From Chthonomonadales bacterium (lineage in GTDB: Bacteria > Armatimonadota > Chthonomonadetes > Chthonomonadales > Chthonomonadaceae): 55,188 bases of DNA. The notes below the pieces were generated by a model, which was given only the letters and a program-made list of their open reading frames with translations, made no database searches and was not told where the DNA came from. This document shows, piece after piece, positions 8,882-18,343 of the stretch (position 1 is the stretch's first letter; each line of letters starts with the position of its first letter). The DNA lies in contig JBBQPO010000005.1 in the NCBI GenBank assembly GCA_038217285.1, positions 1-55,188 of the forward strand, in the 5' to 3' direction. A program made the position numbers and the translations under genes.

Positions 8882-9763
8882 TCAGCCCGAGATCTGTTTT
8901 TGAAAGAAGACGGCGGCGGCGCGGAGATTGGCTTTGCGCTCTTCTACCGTGTAGCGGCCTAACGACTCGTCTTCGAGGCAGAGGTCGCGGTCGTACCCGG
9001 CGTCGTGCAGCAGTTTGAAGTAACGGGTGTGGTCGATGTCGCCTTCATGGATGGGAGAGACATATTTGCCGTACTCGAAGCCAATTTCACGCTGTGTCTC
9101 CTGAATCTCTTTTGGGTAGGCGATGTTCTTGATGTGGGTGTGCTTGACGACAGGAGCGAACTGCGCGAAGATCTCATAGATCTTCGAGAGCGGCCAGCCG
9201 CGCCAGTAGAAGTTGCCGGAGTCGAGGGTCAGGCCGAGGCGGGAAGAATCGACGAGGGCCAGCAAGCCTTCCAGGAAGTCGGGATCGTTGCCCTGGGAGC
9301 CGTGGTTTTCGATGCCGAGGTCGATCTCGCTCTCTTCCGTCTCTGCAAGAATGCTTTTGAGCGCCTCTGCGACGAGGCGCTGCCGCTCTTCCAGCGGCAG
9401 ATGCCGTTCGCCGCTCATGACGGCGTCGATGCGCACCACGGGCGCGTCGAGAGCGGCGGCGGCGCGAACCGTGCGAACCGCCCAGTCGATTTCGAACTGT
9501 TTGTCGTCGGCGTTGAAGTTGTTGCCCATGCAGAGCGCCGCGATCCGGATGCCGTTCGCTTCCGCCTGCGCTTTCAAGGCCGCCAGGTCGTCGGGATCCG
9601 TCAGTTTCAGGCGCTCCTTACCCTCGTAGGGGGAGAGGGCCGTCACGGTGTCGTCCCGCTTGACAAACAGCTCGATGCCGGGGATGTTCAGGTCGTGCAG
9701 ACCTTCCACCAGCGTCGTATAGCCTGCGGCGAACACCACATCATCACGTATAGATAGATACAT
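8882..9763 (-). CDS. Sugar phosphate isomerase/epimerase (xylose isomerase-like TIM barrel)
   Basis: GIENHG, LTLDSGN, HTHIKN and CLEDE metal-binding motifs. Confidence 0.88.
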   Translation of the reverse strand: MYLSIRDDVVFAAGYTTLVEGLHDLNIPGIELFVKRDDTVTALSPYEGKERLKLTDPDDLAALKAQAEANGIRIAALCMGNNFNADDKQFEIDWAVRTVRAAAALDAPVVRIDAVMSGERHLPLEERQRLVAEALKSILAETEESEIDLGIENHGSQGNDPDFLEGLLALVDSSRLGLTLDSGNFYWRGWPLSKIYEIFAQFAPVVKHTHIKNIAYPKEIQETQREIGFEYGKYVSPIHEGDIDHTRYFKLLHDAGYDRDLCLEDESLGRYTVEERKANLRAAAVFFQKQISG

Positions 9764-9775
9764 TCCGTTCTCCTC

Positions 9776-11797
9776 TTAAATGTAGATTTTATAGGTCTGC
9801 AGATGCTGCAACGGGCCATAGATGGACCAGAGCGAGCCGACGATGTAGTCGCCGAGAATCAGCCCTAAGAAGAACGGCACCGCGCTGTTGTGCGCTTTCA
9901 TGCCGCCGAACCGGATGATCAGGGCTTTGGCCACCCAGGCCACGAAAAAGCAGAACCAGAAGTAGTCCATGGCGAACGAGACAGACAGCGCGTAACCGGC
10001 CGGATGGAACGGCCACCAGAGGAAGTTGCCTCGCATCAGGCGCATGAACAGCACCAGCAGAAAGCCGATCCCGACGTAGAGCAACTGGGTTGGATTGACG
10101 CGGGAAGGTGTCTGCAGCCAGCCGCCGAGACGGTCGTAGCTCTCGTTTCCCACCCAGGTCTTGAAGCCGACAGCCTTCGACGCGGCACCCTCCGCGAAGG
10201 TAACGTGCAGGTTGGCCCAGTACGCGGCAGCGGTGCCCCACGCGAAGGCGATCACCAGCATCCAAAGGATGGAGCTCTGTTTGATCCGCGCCGTCTCTCC
10301 GAGCTTCATCGCTTCCAGTTGGTTGGGCATAGGGTGGCAGCGGTAGCCCCGGTTGAACCAGTACATGACCGACATGGCGGTCAGCGCCTGCGGCCCGATA
10401 GCGGCGCTTCCGAAGAGCGTCACGAGTATCAGACGCGGGTTGACGAAATAGATCTCGTGGGGGGTGCCAAGCTCGGCACGAACGCGCGTGAGCGTGATCG
10501 CCAGCAGGAAATAGATGCCGAAGAAGAGCACCGCGACCCAGGGCGTCAGGCCGATGCGCCAGGAGAACCACGCCAGCACAAGCGCTCCCACCGCCAGCCC
10601 TATAAACGCGCCGCGATACTGCCGGGCCTGTGCCCGCTCCTCCAGTCCGCTCAATGCCTCTCTCCCGAACGCCATCTGCCAGCAGCGCCGAAACTGCCCC
10701 CGAAGTGCCCACGCGATGGTCAGACCCCAGGCGAGCCAGGCGCCGCTCGCCTGCTGCTCGAAATAGGGAAATCCCTGGCTGCCGGGTCCGTCGAGGCCGC
10801 TCACCGCGCCGAACACCTGAAACATCTTGCGGGCGACAAAGAAGAACCAGCAGGAGAACGAGAGGTCGAGCGGAACGAAGAAGGCCAGCCCTATGGCGAA
10901 GGGATAGAGGGAGATGTTGGTTCCGCCCATCGCACTCCAGGGCCGCGACGTGATGAACTGCCCAACATCGTACTGTTTGACCATAGAGAGGTAAGGCAGA
11001 GAGGGATAGACATAGTGCAGGCCGTTGAGCGTATCGACGGCCGCCGCCAGCGCGAATCCGACCCACATCATCCGACTGCGGAACAGCCCACCGGAGACGA
11101 TGCCCTTCCCGTCGTCTTCCGTCATCGCGACCGGCAGTTGCACGATGGGAAACGCGAGACGTTCGTGGTCGCTCCACTGCGTCCGCAGCAGAATATTGAT
11201 ACAGAGACAGATGCCGATGAGCGTCCCGATGAAAATCGACCACCAGCAGAGCGGTCCGACAAACGGCCCCCAGTAACGAGGATCGTACGGATTGACGTTG
11301 CCGAGATAGTAGGCTTTTAGCACATCTGGGTCGCGCACGAGCCAGAACGAGGGCAAAAAAGGGAAGAAGAGCGTTTTCCACTTGTTCTCGGGTGTGGCGA
11401 AGCGGTCGGCATGACCTATCGAACCAAACAGATTCTGGAACATATCGTGTCCGGCGACAAGGGTTCCGACAACCAGCACCATATAGACGGTCAACAACTC
11501 CGCCTGCGTCAGCGTGAGCCGGGGAGCAAGACGGGGCATCATTCGGCGCAGGCCCCTGTTCAGCAGCACAAGCCAGAACAGAAAAAAGACGGGGGTGATG
11601 AAGAGGGGCAGACTGGTTCCGTCCAACGTGTACCAGCGCACTTCGACGACGGTGATCCAGTAGGCGTTGGGTACGACGAGCAGCAGGCCGATCAGCAGGG
11701 ACCGCCAAGTGATGCCGCGCAGCGGCGCGTTTTCCGCCGCAACATCAGGGTTATCGGAAGGCGCAGGTCGTCGCGCCGGGGACATCATCGGTTTCAT
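9776..11797 (-). CDS. DUF6785/DUF6784-type polytopic membrane protein (OPT-like putative transporter)
   Basis: Many TM helices; ELLTVY, QWSDHERLAFPIVQLP, RVRAELG, WWPFHPAGY and PFFLGLILGD motifs recalled for this family. Confidence 0.75.
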   Translation of the reverse strand: MKPMMSPARRPAPSDNPDVAAENAPLRGITWRSLLIGLLLVVPNAYWITVVEVRWYTLDGTSLPLFITPVFFLFWLVLLNRGLRRMMPRLAPRLTLTQAELLTVYMVLVVGTLVAGHDMFQNLFGSIGHADRFATPENKWKTLFFPFLPSFWLVRDPDVLKAYYLGNVNPYDPRYWGPFVGPLCWWSIFIGTLIGICLCINILLRTQWSDHERLAFPIVQLPVAMTEDDGKGIVSGGLFRSRMMWVGFALAAAVDTLNGLHYVYPSLPYLSMVKQYDVGQFITSRPWSAMGGTNISLYPFAIGLAFFVPLDLSFSCWFFFVARKMFQVFGAVSGLDGPGSQGFPYFEQQASGAWLAWGLTIAWALRGQFRRCWQMAFGREALSGLEERAQARQYRGAFIGLAVGALVLAWFSWRIGLTPWVAVLFFGIYFLLAITLTRVRAELGTPHEIYFVNPRLILVTLFGSAAIGPQALTAMSVMYWFNRGYRCHPMPNQLEAMKLGETARIKQSSILWMLVIAFAWGTAAAYWANLHVTFAEGAASKAVGFKTWVGNESYDRLGGWLQTPSRVNPTQLLYVGIGFLLVLFMRLMRGNFLWWPFHPAGYALSVSFAMDYFWFCFFVAWVAKALIIRFGGMKAHNSAVPFFLGLILGDYIVGSLWSIYGPLQHLQTYKIYI

Positions 11798-12057
11798 GTG
11801 CCTATATTATCACGTTCCCCCGATCCTTGCAAGCCGAGTCGGGCACGTCGCCATCAACTGAGGCAGAAGTCGTAGGTCTTGACGTTGATAAAGCGTCCAT
11901 GATTGCGGAGGAGTGATCTGCGTCAGCGGTTTTGATTGGGTATGGTAGGCCCGGAACCGCTCCGCCCCACAATCCCAGGACAGGTTGGCACGAAGGAGGG
12001 AATAGGGCAACGGGACGAGAATGAAGGGCAAAGATCGATGGGGAGGCAGGAGGCATT

Positions 12058-12909
12058 ATGATTCCGATTGTAGATACGCACCAACACCTGTGGGACCTGA
12101 CACGGTTCCATCTGCCCTGGCTCGACGGCGGCGGGCCGCTCGCACGGAGCCATACTTCGGAGGACTATCGGCGCGAAACCGACGGGCTGAACGTCGTCAA
12201 GACAGTCTATATGGAGGTTGATGTCGAGGCGACCCAAAGGGTTTCGGAGGCGGAGTACGTCCTGAGTCTGTGCGCAGAGAGTGACAATCCGATGGCGGGA
12301 GCGGTGATCGGCGGCAACCCGGCGGCGGACGGCTTCGGCGAGTATCTCGCGCGGTTCCGGTCCAACCCGTACCTCAAAGGAGTCCGACAGGTGCTGCACG
12401 GCGGGCTGCCGGACGGAACCTGCCTGCGCCCTGAATTCGTGCGCGGCGTTCAGTTGTTGGGAGAGGCCGGACTGCGTTTCGATCTCTGCCTGCGGACGAA
12501 CGCTCTGTTGGAAGGCGCGGAACTGGCGCAGCGTTGCCCGGACACCCGCTTCATTCTGGACCACTGCGGCAACGCCGATCCCAAATCCACCGACCGTTCG
12601 CAGTGGGAGCGGGACATCGCCGTCGTTGCCGAACAGCCGAACGTCGTCTGCAAGATCTCGGGCATCGTCGCGGGAGCGAGGCCCAGCGCATGGACAGCCG
12701 ACGACTTGGCCCCGATCGTCCGGCACTGCGCGGTCGTCTTCGGTCCGGATCGCATCATGTTCGGCAGCGACTGGCCCGTCTGTACCCTGACCGCCACCTA
12801 TCGGCAATGGGTGGAAGCCCTGCAACAGATCGTCAGCGACTGGAGCCAGGCCAATCGCCAAAAACTCTTCCACGACAACGCCGCGCGGTTCTATGAATTA
12901 GGCTCTTAA
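12058..12909 (+). CDS. Amidohydrolase_2 family protein (L-fucono/L-rhamnono-lactonase-like)
   Basis: DTHQHLWD, KGVRQ, ILDHCG, CKISG and MFGSDWPV motifs. Confidence 0.88.
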   Translation: MIPIVDTHQHLWDLTRFHLPWLDGGGPLARSHTSEDYRRETDGLNVVKTVYMEVDVEATQRVSEAEYVLSLCAESDNPMAGAVIGGNPAADGFGEYLARFRSNPYLKGVRQVLHGGLPDGTCLRPEFVRGVQLLGEAGLRFDLCLRTNALLEGAELAQRCPDTRFILDHCGNADPKSTDRSQWERDIAVVAEQPNVVCKISGIVAGARPSAWTADDLAPIVRHCAVVFGPDRIMFGSDWPVCTLTATYRQWVEALQQIVSDWSQANRQKLFHDNAARFYELGS

Positions 12910-12970
12910 CCACGGCTTTACAATCGGACAGTATCCCTGCTCCTCCTATCTTTCCAAAGCGTGAGCAGGC

Positions 12971-13214
12971 AACCTAACCCCCCCGTCCCCGCCTTCCCTA
13001 CTTCGTTCGCTCCGCTCACAGGGAAGGGGGGTGCCCCAACAAGTAATCGCTTCGTCGCGTTCTATCGAGGTGGGGATATAAGAAGGAGATTTTCAACGCC
13101 TGTTTGTCTCACAAAACAAGGCACGAGAACGGAAAACAGAGTGGGATGGAACAAGGAGAGTATGTGTTTGGGCACCCCCTTCCCGTGTCGGGAAGGGGGA
13201 CGGGGGGTTAGGTT
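12971..13214. repeat. REPIN-like element: two inverted REP-like palindromes around a ~125-bp spacer
   Basis: Left 12971-13041 AACCTAACCCCCCCGTCCCC..CCTTCCC..GGGAAGGGGGGTGCCCCAACA; right 13166-13214 is its near-exact reverse complement. Lies between convergent genes. Confidence 0.8.
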
Positions 13215-13281
13215 ACCCGGTGAAACAGCCATTTTGTTGGCGGTGGAGAGGCGTCCCGTCACGTATTTGTCAGCAATGGTC

Positions 13282-14277
13282 TTAATAGCCGCGTTCGGCG
13301 TCGTAGAGGTTGTGGAGCGGTTGGTCCCGCAGGTAACGGCGCAGGTTGTCGGTGAAGAGGGCCGCGAAGCGGGTGAAATAGTGCGGGGTCGCTCCCGAGA
13401 CGTGCGGGGTGAGAATGACGTTCTCCATCTTCCAGAGCGCACTATCGGCGGGCAGAGGCTCCGTTTCGAAGACATCCAGTCCGGCCCCGGCGATCCGTCC
13501 TTCCCTAAGCGCATCGATCAGGGCGTTCTCGTCAACGATCTTGCCGCGCCCGATGTTGTAGAGGTAGGCGGTCGGCTTCATGTGGGCGAGCATCGCCGCA
13601 TCGAACAGGTGATGCGTCTCGTGCGTATACGGCAGAGCGATGCAGACATGATCGGATTCGGCGAGCAGGCGCGGCAAATCTTCCGGGGAATAGAGCGCAT
13701 CCGGAACCACGGACGCCTCATACCGGGCTTTCGGGTCGCGCTTAGTGGCGACGATACGCATCTCGCACGCTCTGGCCCGCACGGCCAGCGCCTCCCCTAT
13801 CCGCCCTAGCCCAACAATGCCCAGGGTCTGCCCGCCCAGTTCGCTCGCGGCTCTCCGCTGCGCGTTGCCGGAGCGACTCCAGACGCCCTCGATCTGTGAA
13901 CGCAGATGCACATGCAGTTCCCGCGTGAACATCAGCATGAAGCCCAGAACATGCTCCGCGATATTGGGGCCGTGTACGCCGCTCGCGTTGGTCAGCTTAA
14001 GGTTCCGCGCCTGCAGCGGTTCGCTCACTTTGCCGTCCATTCCCGCGCTCCAAAAGGCGATCCAGCGCAGATGCGGCGCGGCCTCCAGCAGATCCTGCGA
14101 CACGTTGCCGCTCACGACGATCTCCGCCTCCCCTATCACCGCCTTCGCCTCATCCCCGCGTCCGAAGCGCAGTTCTACCCTCTCCCGAAGCTCGGCATCC
14201 GCCGCAATCGACTCACGAAACGCCTGCGCGTCTTTATCTCCCGCGTCCAACATCACCAGCACGACCGTCTTGCTCAC
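13282..14277 (-). CDS. D-2-hydroxyacid dehydrogenase, NAD-binding
   Basis: GIVGLGRIG Rossmann motif, NIGRG, LDVFETEPL, TPHVSG. GTG start with GAGGAG RBS. Confidence 0.92.
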   Translation of the reverse strand: MSKTVVLVMLDAGDKDAQAFRESIAADAELRERVELRFGRGDEAKAVIGEAEIVVSGNVSQDLLEAAPHLRWIAFWSAGMDGKVSEPLQARNLKLTNASGVHGPNIAEHVLGFMLMFTRELHVHLRSQIEGVWSRSGNAQRRAASELGGQTLGIVGLGRIGEALAVRARACEMRIVATKRDPKARYEASVVPDALYSPEDLPRLLAESDHVCIALPYTHETHHLFDAAMLAHMKPTAYLYNIGRGKIVDENALIDALREGRIAGAGLDVFETEPLPADSALWKMENVILTPHVSGATPHYFTRFAALFTDNLRRYLRDQPLHNLYDAERGY

Positions 14278-14434
14278 TGTGTACGCTCCTCGCCTCGAAT
14301 TCTTCTCCAACCGTTTCGCCTCCGACAACGTCAGTTCCTGCCCCAAAACCCAAGTACGTTGCCTTTAGTCACCCGTTTGGCCGCCTCTGTTTTCGCAAAC
14401 ATGCTTTCGTTTCCCGACAAGTGGAGCAAAGCAC

Positions 14435-14476
14435 TTGACATACATTGGTATTCGATGTAGAATATAAGCCAATGTA
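14435..14476 (+). promoter_or_regulatory. sigma70 promoter of the padR operon overlapped by an inverted-repeat operator
   Basis: TTGACA-N17-TAGAAT; TACATTGG (14441-14448) and CCAATGTA (14469-14476) form an inverted repeat. Confidence 0.75.
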
Positions 14477-14494
14477 GTCTGGAGGTAGGCACTC

Positions 14495-14842
14495 ATGGAG
14501 AACGGGCGCGAACTGATCAAGGGGAATACGCCGACATTGATCCTGGCCGTGTTGCGGGATGCGCCTCTACATGGCTATGCCATTGCGCGTGAGATCGAGC
14601 GACGCTGCAATCATGCTCTGCAGTTCAAGGAAGGAACGCTCTATCCCGCCCTGCGCGCGCTGGAACGAGATCAGATGATTACCGGCCTATGGCAAGCGCC
14701 GTCTGCAGGCCCGGTACGCAGAGTCTATACCCTGACCGAAGCGGGTCATAAAGAACTTATTCGGCGCACACAGACCTGGACCGATTTCGTACAATCTATC
14801 AACAGCATCATAGGGGGTCAACCGGATGGACAACCGATTTGA
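14495..14842 (+). CDS. PadR family transcriptional regulator
   Basis: LHGYAI, KEGTLYPALRALE, RRVYTLTEAG. Confidence 0.93.
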   Translation: MENGRELIKGNTPTLILAVLRDAPLHGYAIAREIERRCNHALQFKEGTLYPALRALERDQMITGLWQAPSAGPVRRVYTLTEAGHKELIRRTQTWTDFVQSINSIIGGQPDGQPI

Positions 14843-15560
14843 AACTCAGGAGACCGATGACATTACGACTGCGCAAGCGAGTCGCCTGCTGAGCAGCTAT
14901 CTGCAGCGCACCTGTGTACCCAGAGGTTCTGTCGTCTCCGAGCAGGAGCAAGACGAGCTGCGTGAGGAGATGTCTGGCCATATTCTGGCGCTGGCGGCGG
15001 CCTACCAGGAGTTGGGTTCCAGTGCGGAAGAAGCGATGCGGGCGGCCTTGAAACAGTTCGGTGAAGCGGAGGAGATAGGTCGGGGCGTGGCCCGCGAGAT
15101 TGGCAAACGGCCATCCCTGCTTGAATCGCCCCTTACCGTCAGCATGATCGGCGGCGTTCTGGTCAACTGGGTGACCTTAAGCGGCGCCAATTACCTGCTG
15201 GTGAATGCAGAGATCAACGTCATCACTCTGGAAGCCCATCTCGTCGGCATTGCAATGGGATGTATCTCAGGAACGGTTCTCTGGAAACGACGTCGATCCA
15301 TCGGTCAGGCGGCCCTTTGGAATACCTGTTTTTATGTCGGAACGGTCGCGACGTCGATTGTCGCGGTCGCTCTCCTTAGCGGTAACCTCGATAGATGTCT
15401 GTCGCTGGAATGGGTGCGACTGGCGGCCCCTGTTCTGCTGCAGTGGCTCGCAGTGGCGGGGGTTGCGGGCGCCTGCAGCGGCGTACTGACCGGCCTCTGG
15501 TGCCGTTTTACCCGTCAGACACTCCTGCATGAAAGCAGCACTGTTTCGGCTCCAAACTAA
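14826..15560 (+). CDS. Membrane protein with N-terminal permease-prefix/HAAS-like domain
   Basis: ELREEMSGHI...EEAMRAALKQFGEAEEIG motif followed by about 4 TM helices; overlaps padR. Confidence 0.75.
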   Translation: MDNRFETQETDDITTAQASRLLSSYLQRTCVPRGSVVSEQEQDELREEMSGHILALAAAYQELGSSAEEAMRAALKQFGEAEEIGRGVAREIGKRPSLLESPLTVSMIGGVLVNWVTLSGANYLLVNAEINVITLEAHLVGIAMGCISGTVLWKRRRSIGQAALWNTCFYVGTVATSIVAVALLSGNLDRCLSLEWVRLAAPVLLQWLAVAGVAGACSGVLTGLWCRFTRQTLLHESSTVSAPN

Positions 15561-15564
15561 AAAC

Positions 15565-15591
15565 CTCCCTCCCTAAAATTCGGGGAGGGAG
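15565..15591. terminator. Hairpin between convergent genes (REP-like or terminator)
   Basis: CTCCCTCCC...GGGAGGGAG inverted repeat. Confidence 0.55.
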
Positions 15592-15607
15592 AACCGGAAC
15601 GAAGCGA

Positions 15608-16669
15608 TCAATCCTCGTCTTCGTCGAGGTTGGCGACCGGGACGACGGGGGTACCGGACGCCTGGTGTCGAATCTTGCCTTCGATCTCGTCCATGAGCGC
15701 CGCATTGTCTTCCAGGAAGGCGCGCGCGTTTTCCCGGCCCTGTCCGAGACGAATTTCGCCATAGGAGAAGTAGGCTCCGCTCTTGAGGATGATACCGATA
15801 TCCACCCCCATATCGAGCATGGAGCCTGAACGCGAGATGCCCTTGCCGAACATGATGTCGAACTCGGCCTGTCGGAAAGGCGGCGCGACCTTGTTCTTGA
15901 CGATCTTGACCTTGACGCGCGCGCCGACGGCGTCGGTGCCGCTCTTCACGGTTTCGGTGCGGCGCACCTCCATACGGACGCTGGCATAGTACTTCAAGGC
16001 CAGCCCGCCGGACGTGGTCTCCGGGTTACCGAACATGACGCCGATCTTCTGGCGTATCTGGTTAATGAAGATGGCGGCGGTATTGGTGCGGTTGATGCTG
16101 CCGGCGACCTTGCGCAGCGCCTGCGACATCAGACGGGCATGCAGACCGACGTGCGAATCGCCCATGTCGCCTTCAAGCTCGGCTTTAGGCACGAGCGCGG
16201 CAACCGAGTCGAGAACGACCACATCGATCGCGCTGGAGCGGATCAGCGCATCCATGATGTCGAGGGCCTCTTCGCCGGTCGTCGGCTGGGAGATATAGAG
16301 GTTATCGACATCCACTCCGAGCTTGCGCGCATATTCCGGGTCGATGGCATGTTCGACATCGATATAGGCGCAGGTTCCGCCCTTTTTCTGAGCCTCGGCC
16401 ACCACTTGCAGCGCGATTGTCGTCTTACCGGAAGATTCTGTGCCGTAGATCTCGGTGATACGCCCGCGTGGGACTCCGCCTACCCCGAGCGCCATGTCGA
16501 GGGCGATAGAACCGGTAGAAATTGAATCTACCTGCAGGCGCATCGACTGCCCAAGTCGGACGACGCTGCCCTTCCCAAACTGCTTCTCGATGTTGCTGAG
16601 CGCCATATCGAGGGCTTTGCCCTTTTTCGGGTCGATCGTGCGTTCGCTGACGGCCTTTTCGGTTGCCAT
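15608..16669 (-). CDS. recA: Recombinase A
   Basis: IEKQFGKGS, Walker [50 protein letters not shown]. Confidence 0.99.
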   Translation of the reverse strand: MATEKAVSERTIDPKKGKALDMALSNIEKQFGKGSVVRLGQSMRLQVDSISTGSIALDMALGVGGVPRGRITEIYGTESSGKTTIALQVVAEAQKKGGTCAYIDVEHAIDPEYARKLGVDVDNLYISQPTTGEEALDIMDALIRSSAIDVVVLDSVAALVPKAELEGDMGDSHVGLHARLMSQALRKVAGSINRTNTAAIFINQIRQKIGVMFGNPETTSGGLALKYYASVRMEVRRTETVKSGTDAVGARVKVKIVKNKVAPPFRQAEFDIMFGKGISRSGSMLDMGVDIGIILKSGAYFSYGEIRLGQGRENARAFLEDNAALMDEIEGKIRHQASGTPVVPVANLDEDED

Positions 16670-16884
16670 AATGGGTTGTCTCATCCTTTCGTGCGCCCTA
16701 CGGGCGCGCCTTCCAGAAGGACGCAGCGGCGCATCCGCCCACCGCCACCCGTTCGGCTGCCTGAATATTTGCAGTGAACAGACGACGCGTAGGCTTACCG
16801 TAAGCACGGCGGGAGCGCGAGTGGCCTCTGGCGTGTTAAAAACAGAACAGGAACGGCAGAATTCAGTCTGCGTACATCCTGGCT

Positions 16885-16914
16885 ATTGTACCTCAAACAC
16901 ACACATTGTGTCTA
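16885..16914 (-). promoter_or_regulatory. Putative recA promoter
   Basis: Minus strand TAGACA-N18-TACAAT in the cinA-recA gap. Confidence 0.5.
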
Positions 16915-16983
16915 CGTCTTCCAGCAGGAAAAAAAGAGGAATACAGATGCCAATGCAGAGCAGCGGAAACTGTCTATTTTCTT

Positions 16984-18225
16984 TTATTTCTGATGGAGGA
17001 CGCGCAGGCGCAGCATATTGAGGACGTTCTGGGAGGCGCGGTGCCGCACGACGGCGCGTGAGCCGATGAAGTTACCCTTATCGACCTCGCAGCCGCCGGG
17101 ATAGGCCACGGCCAGATAGACCAGGCCGACCGGCTTGTCCGGCGTGCCGCCGTCCGGCCCCGCGACGCCGGTGACGCCGATGCCATAGTCCGTGCCGAAC
17201 CGGGCGCGCGCGCCCTCGGCCAGGGCCTGCGCGACTTCCGGGCTGACCGCGCCGACCCGTGTGATTAGCTCGGCGGGCACAGCGACGAGGTCCGTTTTTG
17301 CGGCATTGCTGTAGGCGACCACGCCGCCCAGGAATACGGAGGAACTGCCTGCGACATCGGTGAGGCGCTGGGCGACCAGGCCACCGGTGCAGCTCTCCGC
17401 CGTGCTCACCGTTTTGCCGTGCGCCTTTAAGAGGGTCACAACCGCCTTCTCCAGCGGATCGTCGTTCTCTCCATAGACAGCCTCGCCGAGGCGTTCTCGA
17501 ACGAGCAGCGCCCGCTCGGCAATCATGCGCTCGGCCTCCGCAGCCGTCTCCGCCTTCGCCGTGACACGCAGATGCACCTCACCGACTTTGGCATAAGGGG
17601 CGACCGAAGGATTGGAATCCATCATCAGGTCTTTGATGCGGTCCTCCGCCGCGCTCTCGCCCACCCCGGCGACACGCAGCACCAGCGACCGAATCGTGCC
17701 GATATTGCCGGTCTTCTCGCGCAGGTAAGGCAGGACATGATTGTCGGTCATCGGAATGAACTCGTTCGGGGGGCCGGGTAGGGCGATGCCGATCTTGCCG
17801 TCCTTCTCGAACAGAACGCCGGGCGCGGTGCCGTTCGGATTCGCGATAGCGCGGCCATGCACAGGGACCATCGCCTGCCGCAGATTGCTCTCCAGCACGG
17901 GCATATTGCGTTTGGTGAAGAACTGCCGCAGGCCTTCGGCGATCTGCTCGTCCTGCACCAGCGTATCCCCGAGCGCTTCTGCGAGTCCGTCGCGGGTGAT
18001 ATCGTCCATTGTCGGGCCAAGGCCGCCGATCGTCAGCACCACATCGGACTCCGCGAACGCGGCCTTCAGCGCGGTGACCAGACGCTCCCTATTGTCGCCG
18101 ACCGTCGTCCGCCGATAGATCGAGATGCCGACCTCTGCCAGACCACGCGCCAGATAGGCGGCGTTCGTATCCACGATCTGCCCCATCAGCAGTTCCGTCC
18201 CGACCGAAACGATTTCAGCGCGCAA
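16984..18225 (-). CDS. cinA: Competence/damage-inducible protein A (MoCF domain plus PncC domain)
   Basis: VGTELL.GQIVDTN, GGLGPT.DD.T, LPGPPNE, TAESCTGG, TGVAGP. TTG start with GAGGAG RBS; sits upstream of recA as usual. Confidence 0.95.
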   Translation of the reverse strand: MRAEIVSVGTELLMGQIVDTNAAYLARGLAEVGISIYRRTTVGDNRERLVTALKAAFAESDVVLTIGGLGPTMDDITRDGLAEALGDTLVQDEQIAEGLRQFFTKRNMPVLESNLRQAMVPVHGRAIANPNGTAPGVLFEKDGKIGIALPGPPNEFIPMTDNHVLPYLREKTGNIGTIRSLVLRVAGVGESAAEDRIKDLMMDSNPSVAPYAKVGEVHLRVTAKAETAAEAERMIAERALLVRERLGEAVYGENDDPLEKAVVTLLKAHGKTVSTAESCTGGLVAQRLTDVAGSSSVFLGGVVAYSNAAKTDLVAVPAELITRVGAVSPEVAQALAEGARARFGTDYGIGVTGVAGPDGGTPDKPVGLVYLAVAYPGGCEVDKGNFIGSRAVVRHRASQNVLNMLRLRVLHQK

Positions 18226-18258
18226 TGGTGTACACTCCTCACAGGTCTTGATGTCCCC

Positions 18259-18287
18259 ATTATACGCCGCCGCCGCCGGGATTGCAA
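18259..18287 (-). promoter_or_regulatory. sigma70 promoter of cinA
   Basis: Minus strand TTGCAA-N17-TATAAT. Confidence 0.75.
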
Positions 18288-18343
18288 GTAGACTCCGCGC
18301 CCTAAGAGCGGTGATAACAGACTCAGAAGAGGAAACGCAACCG

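Noticed and set aside
9789..11708. 639-aa overlapping ORF, and similar long ones such as 53401-55011, 50034-51323 and 21881-23143
   Set aside because: Shadow ORFs expected in high-GC DNA; they overlap well-supported genes and lack family motifs.
12961..13809. 282-aa plus-strand ORF
   Set aside because: It reads through the REPIN-like repeat and the antisense strand of the dehydrogenase.
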